6,469 nucleotides of DNA from IMG/VR virus record IMGVR_UViG_2648501150_000029. One strand, 5' to 3'. Below the pieces are notes generated by a model, which was not told where the DNA came from, made no database searches, and worked only from the letters and a program-made list of their open reading frames with translations. The position numbers and the translations under genes were made by a program. Below, piece after piece: positions 1 through 5,476 of this stretch. Source of the stretch: a virus. Its lineage: Duplodnaviria; Heunggongvirae; Uroviricota; Caudoviricetes. Within the stretch, counting starts at the first letter, position 1; each line of letters begins with the position of its first letter.

Positions 1-158
1 CCGCCGCAGGTTTTGCACTGACGCTCCTTACGCTGCCGTGGCTGGGGAATCATGGTTTGTGGCTGGCGTTAACCGTCTTTCTGGCGTTACGCGGGCTTTC
101 TCTGGCGGCTATCTGGCGGCGTCACTGGCGTAACGATACCTGGTTTGTCGCAACGTGA
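1..158 (+). CDS. dinF: 3' end of a MATE-family efflux transporter gene (DinF-like), 5'-truncated by the window edge
   Basis: Open frame from position 3 to TGA at 156-158 translating to a hydrophobic C-terminus (...ALTLLTLPWLGNHGLWLALTVFLALRGLSLAAIWRRHWRNDTWFVAT*). The position upstream of yjbJ and zur matches the lexA-dinF-yjbJ-zur order recalled for E. coli. Identity is from recall, not a search. Confidence 0.6.
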   Translation, partial: AAGFALTLLTLPWLGNHGLWLALTVFLALRGLSLAAIWRRHWRNDTWFVAT

Positions 159-273
159 CGGTTAAAAATTCTGAATAAATAATCCTAAGCAAAATTGCTG
201 ACTACACTTAATCTCACGTTCAGAAGAAAAGTGAACGTACTCTCATTCACAACCTAACGATGAGGTCTTGATT

Positions 274-483
274 ATGAATAAAGATGAAGCCGGCGGTAAC
301 TGGAAACAGTTTAAAGGTAAAGTGAAAGAGCAATGGGGCAAACTGACCGATGATGATATGACGATCATTGAAGGAAAACGTGATCAGTTAGTGGGTAAAA
401 TCCAGGAGCGCTACGGTTATCAGAAAGATCAGGCAGAAAAAGAGGTTGATAGTTGGGAAAAACGCCATGATTACCGCTGGTAA
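274..483 (+). CDS. yjbJ: CsbD-like small stress-response protein YjbJ (UPF0337 family), 69 aa
   Basis: ATG at 274 preceded by GAGG (262-265) at 8 nt spacing; stop TAA 481-483. Product MNKDEAGGNWKQFKGKVKEQWGKLTDDDMTIIEGKRDQLVGKIQERYGYQ... matches E. coli YjbJ as I recall it. The ORF-track start at 268 is a TTG two codons upstream and is less likely. Confidence 0.85.
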   Translation: MNKDEAGGNWKQFKGKVKEQWGKLTDDDMTIIEGKRDQLVGKIQERYGYQKDQAEKEVDSWEKRHDYRW

Positions 484-524
484 TTAATCCCTCCTGCCCG
501 ACATGTACAAGGATGTACACCCTT

Positions 525-1040
525 TTAGCGAGGTTTCTTTTTCACCTGAATAGAGTGGTCATGATGGCACTGTTCAGGATGACGACACGCTTCTACTTCT
601 ACACATGCTGAACATAATCCATGTGCTTCAATAACATTATGCCGCAGGGCAAAACCCATTTTTGCCGCCAGCGTATGCATGATGTCTTCCACGCCTTCAG
701 CACATTCTTCTTTCACCGCGCCGCAGCGATCGCAAATAAACATGGCTGAAGTATGGGTGGGCTGATCGAACAGATGACAGAGCACATAACTGTTGGTGGA
801 TTCCACCTTATGCACAAAACCTTGTTCAAGCAGAAACTCCAGCGCGCGATAAACCGTTGGCGGCTTGGCTTGCGGTTCAGCTTCGCGCAGCAAATCAAGC
901 AGATCATAAGCGCTGATAGCGCCATCCTGCAGACTCATCAGGCGCAACACTTCGAGACGCTGTGGGGTCAGGCGCACATTACGCTGTGCGCAGATTTTTT
1001 CAGCCTGCGCTAATAACTCCTGCGTTGTGGTCTTTTCCAT
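525..1040 (-). CDS. zur: Zinc uptake regulator Zur (Fur family), 171 aa
   Basis: Minus-strand ORF; ATG at 1040-1038 gives MEKTTTQELLAQAEKICAQRNVRLTPQRLEVLRLM..., with the Fur-family HTH region and CxxC pairs (CDRCG, CSACVEVEAC), ending ...HDHSIQVKKKPR at TAA 527-525. A GAGG lies 6 nt upstream of this ATG. The 252-aa ORF in the track (to 1283) is an in-frame upstream extension without its own RBS. Confidence 0.9.
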   Translation of the reverse strand: MEKTTTQELLAQAEKICAQRNVRLTPQRLEVLRLMSLQDGAISAYDLLDLLREAEPQAKPPTVYRALEFLLEQGFVHKVESTNSYVLCHLFDQPTHTSAMFICDRCGAVKEECAEGVEDIMHTLAAKMGFALRHNVIEAHGLCSACVEVEACRHPEQCHHDHSIQVKKKPR

Positions 1041-1110
1041 TGGGCACCTCGACAGTGGGGTTAAGAATGTCCTTACTTTACCATAGTTCTCACTTAAACG
1101 CCGAGAACAG
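1041..1110 (-). promoter_or_regulatory. zur 5' leader with ribosome-binding site; the promoter is probably within this stretch
   Basis: On the minus strand the sequence reads ...ctatggtaaagtaaggacattcttaaccccactgtcgaGGTGcccaATG, with a GAGG/GGTG Shine-Dalgarno. A possible -10-like TAAAGT is present but I cannot place it precisely. Confidence 0.3.
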
Positions 1111-1356
1111 GGTGTCATGGCTGTCACATTGCCTGATCGCATATTCGTTATGCTATAGTAGCGCCCCCAATTTACCAGATGCTTAAAAAGTCGCCATGCC
1201 AGCAGAATCACACACTGTTTATCCCGCTTACCGTTTCTCGATTGCCCCGATGCTTGATAGGATGTACCGTTTTTGAAAAACAACTAGTTATACACTTTGT
1301 GGGAGCCTATTGGGAACCTGTTATTCTTAGAAAGCATCATTTGCTCATCACTTCAA

Positions 1357-1385
1357 TTGACCATGGTTAAAGCCAGCTATAAACT
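1357..1385 (+). promoter_or_regulatory. Candidate sigma70 promoter for the downstream plus-strand cassette
   Basis: TTGACC (1357-1362), 17-bp spacer, TAAACT (1380-1385), overlapping a TATAAA at 1377-1382. It sits about 125 nt upstream of the ATG at 1512 in AT-rich DNA. Sequence-pattern call only. Confidence 0.25.
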
Positions 1386-1511
1386 TGACAAACGAGGTAA
1401 CTGGTTGCTTAGGCCCAAGTGGGCACACCATAAGAAGCTCGTGTTGGTGATGAAGCAACCCATGAAGTATCGAGAATAATTATAAAGTTCACTATCTTTG
1501 AGGTTTCTTAT

Positions 1512-2084
1512 ATGTTTTGCGAAGAAAAAGTAGCTCAAATGGCTGCATACCTACTTCTTAAGCGAGGTGGGCGCATGGCATATCTGAAATTGATGAAGTT
1601 GCTCTATCTGTCTAACCGCCAGTCGATTTTGAAGCATGGCAGGATGATCGGCGAAGATAGCCTTTACTCTATGAAATTTGGACCAGTCATGTCGAATACG
1701 CTGAACTTGATTCGCGGTAAGGCTGAAGGCATTGGTGACTACTGGTACAACTTGATAGAGACGAACGGGCATAATGTATCGTTGCGTTCAGATCCGAGGG
1801 AAATGGATGCAGACGAGGTCTTTGATGAATTGAGTCGTGCAGATATCCGGATTTTAGATGAAATCTATTCTCGGTATGGGCATATGAACCGATTTGATCT
1901 CGCAAATATGACGCATTTAGAAAGCGTTTGTCCAGAGTGGCACGATCCTGGCAATTCTCGTAAGCCTATAGACCTGAAAGAAATGCTGATCAGTGAGGGT
2001 AAAAGCGAGGATGAGGCTAATCGCATAATTGGCAAAATGGAAGAATCTCAGAAACTTAAGGAATTTTCTTTGCAATTATCATGA
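1512..2084 (+). CDS. Panacea-domain (DUF4065, GepA/SocA-like) protein; putative antitoxin or sensor component
   Basis: ATG at 1512 with GAGG 8 nt upstream. The N-terminal region (VAQMAAYLLLKRGGRMAYLKLMKLLYLSNRQSILKHGRMIGEDSLYSMKFGPVMSNTLNLIRG) has the K-L-x-K-L-L-Y-L ... F-G-P-V pattern I associate with Panacea/DUF4065 phage-associated proteins. Low GC compared with the flanks. Stop TGA 2082-2084 overlaps the next start. Confidence 0.6.
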   Translation: MFCEEKVAQMAAYLLLKRGGRMAYLKLMKLLYLSNRQSILKHGRMIGEDSLYSMKFGPVMSNTLNLIRGKAEGIGDYWYNLIETNGHNVSLRSDPREMDADEVFDELSRADIRILDEIYSRYGHMNRFDLANMTHLESVCPEWHDPGNSRKPIDLKEMLISEGKSEDEANRIIGKMEESQKLKEFSLQLS

Positions 2085-2500
2085 CGGATTATCAGCCATA
2101 CAGGAAAGGAACTGTGCTTGCCCCAACTGGGCCATGCAATCATCTTCATGTGATTTGTAATGATCCTGTTTATTACCCCGTTAACGATTGTTATTGTGTT
2201 TTAGTTGTTAATATTTCTAGTATCAAGGATGGTGTCCCCCACGATCCGTCTTGCGTCTTGAATTCTGGTGATCATCGCTTTATCAAGCATCCAAGTTATG
2301 TTGTTTACGCTGAAGCTATAATTTGGCGAGTGGATAACATGGTTAGAAAGCAGCGATCGGGTGAGATTTCTGTTCATGATGATATGCCAGAAGCTACATT
2401 CAATAGAATTCTGGACGGTTTTGATATCTCTGATGAAGTTACGCCAAAGAACCTTAAATTTAAAAATAAATATTGCGTATCATCTATTGATGATGAGTAA
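2081..2500 (+). CDS. Hypothetical 139-aa protein translationally coupled to the Panacea gene; candidate toxin/effector partner
   Basis: ATG 2081-2083 overlaps the upstream TGA (ATGA, 4-nt overlap) and has no independent SD, which implies coupling. Stop TAA 2498-2500. No family recognised with confidence; there is a weak by-eye resemblance to Kid/PemK/MazF-type toxins (C-x-C-V-L-V-V-N...SYVVYAEAIIWRVDNMVRKQRSGEIS), unverified. Confidence 0.45.
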   Translation: MTDYQPYRKGTVLAPTGPCNHLHVICNDPVYYPVNDCYCVLVVNISSIKDGVPHDPSCVLNSGDHRFIKHPSYVVYAEAIIWRVDNMVRKQRSGEISVHDDMPEATFNRILDGFDISDEVTPKNLKFKNKYCVSSIDDE

Positions 2501-2539
2501 ACAACAGGAATTGTTTCGGTATAACTTCAGGAGTTTTCT

Positions 2540-2713
2540 ATGGAAGATCAAAAAGCAACCAAGCCACAGGTTAAGTTCGACACAATGAAAGCATTCGCAG
2601 GTATGGGTGCTGCTGTTGAAGTTCTGATGAAGGCTGCTCCTAATGCGTTCACTCACGCTACTGTCTCTGGTAAAGAGCAGCAGGGTAAGCTTCGTCGTCG
2701 CAAAGCAGCATGA
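2540..2713 (+). CDS. Small hypothetical protein, 57 aa (MEDQKATKPQVKFDTMKAFAGMGAAVEVLMKAAPNAFTHATVSGKEQQGKLRRRKAA)
   Basis: Not in the ORF track (under 60 aa). ATG at 2540 preceded by AGGAG (2529-2533) at 6 nt spacing; stop TGA 2711-2713; followed within 20 nt by an intrinsic terminator. Basic C-terminal tail. No family recognised. Confidence 0.45.
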   Translation: MEDQKATKPQVKFDTMKAFAGMGAAVEVLMKAAPNAFTHATVSGKEQQGKLRRRKAA

Positions 2714-2732
2714 TCATAGCTGGTGCTTTTTG

Positions 2733-2758
2733 AAAACCCGCCTTTAGGCGGGTTTTTT
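2733..2758. terminator. Bidirectional rho-independent terminator
   Basis: aaaaCCCGCC-ttta-GGCGGGtttttt: a 6-bp GC stem (2737-2742 / 2747-2752) flanked by an A-run and a T-run, so it ends in a U-tract on either strand. It lies between the plus-strand small gene (stop 2713) and the convergent minus-strand excisionase-like gene (stop 2761-2763). Confidence 0.7.
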
Positions 2759-2760
2759 AT

Positions 2761-3042
2761 TTAGTGATGTTCTTTGCCCTTCTGTTTGCTTGTTCTGACC
2801 TGTTCCCACTCGATACGTCCTTCTTCTCGTCTTTTGTCTATGTATTCCGCAAGATCCTGAATATTGATGCAACGTTTTGCTTTTTGTGATGTGCCGATGC
2901 GATATGTTGGAACGGGCAACTTACAAGCGTTTGCTTTTGCTTCTGCCGTGGCTGGACTCATGCCAAAGTACTTTTGGCTAACTGCTGAGAGTTCAATGTT
3001 AGGGGTATTGAATTCAGCCATCAGTAAAAACAAGGTGTTCAT
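2761..3042 (-). CDS. Excisionase-like / PrtN-family small DNA-binding regulator, 93 aa
   Basis: Best start is ATG at 3042-3040, preceded by GGAG at 6 nt spacing; the ORF-track start at 3069 is a GTG with no SD. Product MNTLFLLMAEFNTPNIELSAVSQKYFGMSPATAEAKANACKLPVPTYRIGTSQKAKRCINIQDLAEYIDKRRE... has the MNTLFLLMA N-terminus that I associate with PrtN/excisionase-like prophage proteins. It is the last gene of the prophage operon. Confidence 0.6.
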   Translation of the reverse strand: MNTLFLLMAEFNTPNIELSAVSQKYFGMSPATAEAKANACKLPVPTYRIGTSQKAKRCINIQDLAEYIDKRREEGRIEWEQVRTSKQKGKEHH

Positions 3043-3078
3043 AATTTTCTCCATCAAAACCGGCTGCACCCGGGAAAA

Positions 3079-3651
3079 TCATAATTCTGTGCTGGTGGCA
3101 GGAATTAATTTCTGCCAGATAGCGGAAACATATTTTGCCTGATGACGGGCATCAGCCAGGGCGTTGTGCCGTTCGCCATCGAAAGGCATGTCCATTTTGG
3201 GGTCGAATCCGATGGAACGCCCAAGCGTAACGATCGTGCGTACATCGTGGTCATTCCAGTATGCCCACGGGCAGATTTGTCCTGCTCGCTCATAAGCTCC
3301 ACGTAAAATTACGTTGTCGAAGGTGGCTCCGTTACCCCAGACTTTTAAATATTTCGTATTGTCTGCGTGCCGGTTAATGAAATGATTTAGTTCTGAGAGA
3401 GCATCGCTGATCGACAAAGTATCATCAATACAGATTGCAGCTCGTGCTTCAGGGCTTTGTTTCAACCACCACAGGATGGTATCGCCGTCAGGTGTAGCTC
3501 CTTGCCCCATAGCACTTTCCAGGCTAACAACCGTATAGAATTCTTGTCCGATGTCTCCGGTTTCTGGAGTGAAGAACACCGCGCCAATGGAAACGATCGG
3601 TGCATCCTTATTTTTCCCCATCGTCTCAAGGTCGATCATTAAGTTGTTCAT
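3079..3651 (-). CDS. DEDDh-family (DnaQ-like) 3'-5' exonuclease, prophage-encoded, 190 aa
   Basis: ATG at 3651-3649 with AGAGGTG SD 5 nt upstream; it overlaps the upstream stop (TGATG). N-terminal Exo I motif MIDLETMG (D-x-E) and C-terminal H-x-A-x-x-D-A (ERHNALADARH), diagnostic of DEDDh exonucleases. By position this is the full-length counterpart of the ypdJ exonuclease fragment I recall in K-12 CPS-53. Confidence 0.75.
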   Translation of the reverse strand: MNNLMIDLETMGKNKDAPIVSIGAVFFTPETGDIGQEFYTVVSLESAMGQGATPDGDTILWWLKQSPEARAAICIDDTLSISDALSELNHFINRHADNTKYLKVWGNGATFDNVILRGAYERAGQICPWAYWNDHDVRTIVTLGRSIGFDPKMDMPFDGERHNALADARHQAKYVSAIWQKLIPATSTEL

Positions 3652-4460
3652 CACTTCACCTCTTGTGATGGTTTTGCTGCAAAATACTCGATACCTTTAT
3701 CCCAGATAGATTTTATGGTCGACCACGTGACTGGCACTTTAATTTCAATACGTCCGCTCCCGTCACAGGTATCGCAATCATCATCGCCAAAGCATTCCAG
3801 GCAGCTTATAAACGTAGTTTCTGAAAATTCACCGGATAGCGCCCCCTTAGCGCCGTTCTCGGCTGTTAGTCTCTTCGGCACCATAACCCAACCATCCGGA
3901 GTTACCGGAGAGTTGCCAGACAGTGCGTTCTGCAATCGTTCCAGCTTAACGTATTCCTGAACCCTGTTTCCGTCGCACGCCTGAAGCCATTGCACAGCCT
4001 TTTGCGCATCAGTGTGAAAGGCACAAGTGCGACCGTCATCAAATTGCATTTCGTAGAGGTCAGCAACCTGTTTAAACTGCGTTTGTGGCAACTTGTAAGC
4101 CTGGCTTGCAGGTACGGCACCATAGAGCATGGCAGCGCGGCAGGCGTTCCAGCCTTCATCAAAACCGACTATGCCATTATTTAAAGACGGACGAGCATCT
4201 GGCACCACCGGCACTGGCTTGGCTATATATAGCGGCTGAACATACCAGCCCTTTGATAACCAACTGTCAGCAATGTTTTTACTCCTGGTTATTGCCGGAA
4301 TACCTAAGCCATTGTCTGAATGCAGCCATGCCACCGGATCCTCTTCCAGCGATGCCAGAGCAATTTCATAAGCACGGCGCTCAACATTGTCTCGCACGTC
4401 CATGCTGCTGATTCGTTCTTTGATTTCTTTAATCAGTTCTTTATCGGTAAATGTGGTCAT
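3651..4460 (-). CDS. Hypothetical prophage protein, 269 aa, with C-terminal CxxC / CxxCxGxG zinc-ribbon-like motif (in the YfdT position)
   Basis: ATG at 4460-4458 with GGAGG/GGAG upstream; overlaps the upstream stop (TAATG). C-terminus ...TTFISCLECFGDDDCDTCDGSGRIEIKV contains CLEC and CDTCDGSG (CxxCxGxG, the DnaJ-type zinc-finger signature). Stop TGA 3653-3651. Function unknown. Confidence 0.6.
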   Translation of the reverse strand: MTTFTDKELIKEIKERISSMDVRDNVERRAYEIALASLEEDPVAWLHSDNGLGIPAITRSKNIADSWLSKGWYVQPLYIAKPVPVVPDARPSLNNGIVGFDEGWNACRAAMLYGAVPASQAYKLPQTQFKQVADLYEMQFDDGRTCAFHTDAQKAVQWLQACDGNRVQEYVKLERLQNALSGNSPVTPDGWVMVPKRLTAENGAKGALSGEFSETTFISCLECFGDDDCDTCDGSGRIEIKVPVTWSTIKSIWDKGIEYFAAKPSQEVK

Positions 4461-4822
4461 TATGCTCCAGCCTCCGGTGCTTTTGGCATTACTGCCCAGT
4501 GAGTGATGTTGACGTTTTCAAGGTCCCCGACCTGAAATGTCCACTGCCATTCTCCGGTTTCTTTTTGCCCCCATGTATACCAGAGAGAACGCCAGCCAAT
4601 CAGCCAGCCTTCTCCATTAGCATCAAATAACAGAACACTTTCATTCGCTGGCGGCAGTTCAGCTGACACTGGTATTACTTTGTTTTCCAGTGCTGCACAT
4701 TTAGCTTCAAGCGCATCAAATTTACGCACCAGGTATTCAGCATCCGTTTCATTCACTTTCAGATCTCGCGGTACACATTTCCCGCGAAGAAATCCTTCCA
4801 TTTCGAAAACATTCATGCGCAT
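4460..4822 (-). CDS. yfdS: YfdS-like prophage protein, 120 aa
   Basis: ATG at 4822-4820 with GGAG 8 nt upstream; overlaps the yfdR stop by 10 nt. A second in-frame ATG at 4816 forms an ATGA overlap with that stop. Assignment rests on the yfdQ-yfdR-yfdS order and the matching 120-aa length recalled for K-12; no motif recognised. Confidence 0.6.
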   Translation of the reverse strand: MRMNVFEMEGFLRGKCVPRDLKVNETDAEYLVRKFDALEAKCAALENKVIPVSAELPPANESVLLFDANGEGWLIGWRSLWYTWGQKETGEWQWTFQVGDLENVNITHWAVMPKAPEAGA

Positions 4823-5349
4823 TTGCGTAACTCCGATAATTCGTTAAAGCGTTCCATAAACATCCCGTAGGCATGGCCTGGAGCCAGTGGAATCACGTTG
4901 AACATCTCTGTTGCCGGGATACCTTCCAGTACAGGCCAGAAAGAGCCATCATCAAGCCCGAGATCGCGGCGTTCGGTTGCCAGCATGATGAGATCGGCAT
5001 ATTTCACGGGCGTACTCATAACCGGTGGTAACCCGTATTTCTCACGGATTACGGCGTCTATTTTTTCTTCCATCCGTTTATAGTCAGGAAGAAGGCGTTT
5101 CAGTGGTGCGGGAATGTCCTGGCAATACGCTTCTGTTGCATCATGCATTAACGCTTCAAAAGCAAATTCCTGCGGCACCAGCTGGCTGCAAAGAACCGCA
5201 TGTTGGGCGACGCTGTAGAAGTGCGAAAGATGACCGGCAAAGCGACAGATATTTGAAAGGGAAACCGCGATATCGTTAATATCGATGTCGTCTTTATTTA
5301 TCCTGTCATAATAAAAATGCTTCCCAGAAAAAGTTTTGATAAATGACAT
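4813..5349 (-). CDS. yfdR: HD-domain phosphohydrolase (5'-deoxynucleotidase-like), YfdR, 178 aa
   Basis: Best start is ATG 5349-5347 (MSFIKTFSGKHFYYD...) with GGAG 6 nt upstream; the ORF-track start at 5376 is a GTG without SD. HD-domain signature visible: ...H-x-x-x-H... (GHLSHFYSVAQH) and ALMHDATEAY (the H-D dyad). The 178-aa length matches K-12 YfdR as recalled. Confidence 0.8.
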   Translation of the reverse strand: MSFIKTFSGKHFYYDRINKDDIDINDIAVSLSNICRFAGHLSHFYSVAQHAVLCSQLVPQEFAFEALMHDATEAYCQDIPAPLKRLLPDYKRMEEKIDAVIREKYGLPPVMSTPVKYADLIMLATERRDLGLDDGSFWPVLEGIPATEMFNVIPLAPGHAYGMFMERFNELSELRKCA

Positions 5350-5442
5350 TTTGTTCTCCACGTATATGCGCTGCACCGCGCTGAATTCTGGTAAAAAGAA
5401 TCCCTCACCATCCGGCGATTATTGAGTAAATTACGTTTCCAT

Positions 5443-5464
5443 AAATGCCCCCGCAGGGGCATTT
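5443..5464. other. Perfect 22-bp palindrome / stable hairpin between yfdQ and yfdR
   Basis: aaatgcccc-cgca-ggggcattt: a 9-bp perfect inverted repeat with a 4-nt loop. It lies 13 nt downstream of the yfdQ stop and about 85 nt upstream of the yfdR start on the minus-strand transcript. No clean U-tract follows on either strand, so it is not a canonical intrinsic terminator. Confidence 0.5.
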
Positions 5465-5476
5465 GCAGTAATGAAA

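Noticed and set aside
159-273. Specific promoter elements for yjbJ (reported elsewhere as stationary-phase regulated)
   Set aside because: Several weak -10-like hexamers are present, but none stands out with a convincing -35 or extended -10, so no promoter position can be supported from sequence alone.
500-524. Possible terminator between convergent yjbJ and zur (tgtaca-agga-tgtaca)
   Set aside because: The stem is only 6 bp, AT-rich, and has no U-tract; too weak to call a terminator. Termination here may be Rho-dependent or use a structure I cannot see by eye.
713-1186. ORFs 713..925 (-), 753..1013 (+) and 962..1186 (+) overlapping zur
   Set aside because: They lie inside, or antisense to, a confidently assigned conserved gene, have no RBS and give low-complexity translations; they are frame-shadow ORFs.
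1041-1283. The 81-codon in-frame upstream extension of zur that makes the 252-aa ORF in the track (525..1283)
   Set aside because: The extension begins at a non-ATG start, has no RBS and runs through what should be the zur promoter and leader. The ATG at 1040 has a GAGG at the correct spacing and gives the canonical 171-aa Zur.
1179-1479. Short ORFs 1179..1370 (+), 1297..1479 (+) and an internal ATG at 1363 (38 codons) in the junction region
   Set aside because: No Shine-Dalgarno sequences, no recognisable motifs, and they overlap each other. They may be remnants of a disrupted host gene but cannot be supported as genes from sequence alone.
1551-2588. ORFs 1551..1772 (-), 1687..1905 (-) and 2361..2588 (+) overlapping the Panacea gene and its partner
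   Set aside because: Antisense or out-of-frame overlaps of better-supported genes; no RBS. The 2361..2588 ORF would also run across the strong SD and start of the 57-aa gene.
1269-2739. Shared tttttgaaaa 10-mer at about 1270 and about 2727 as possible direct repeats flanking the cassette (att-like)
   Set aside because: A 10-bp AT-only match is expected by chance many times in a 6.5-kb AT-rich window, and the second copy is simply the A/T flank of the terminator stem.
2864-3642. ORFs 2864..3142 (+), 3105..3302 (-) and 3457..3642 (+) within the excisionase-like and exonuclease genes
   Set aside because: They overlap genes with clear motif support (DEDDh motifs, PrtN-like N-terminus) in other frames or on the other strand; they are frame-shadow ORFs.
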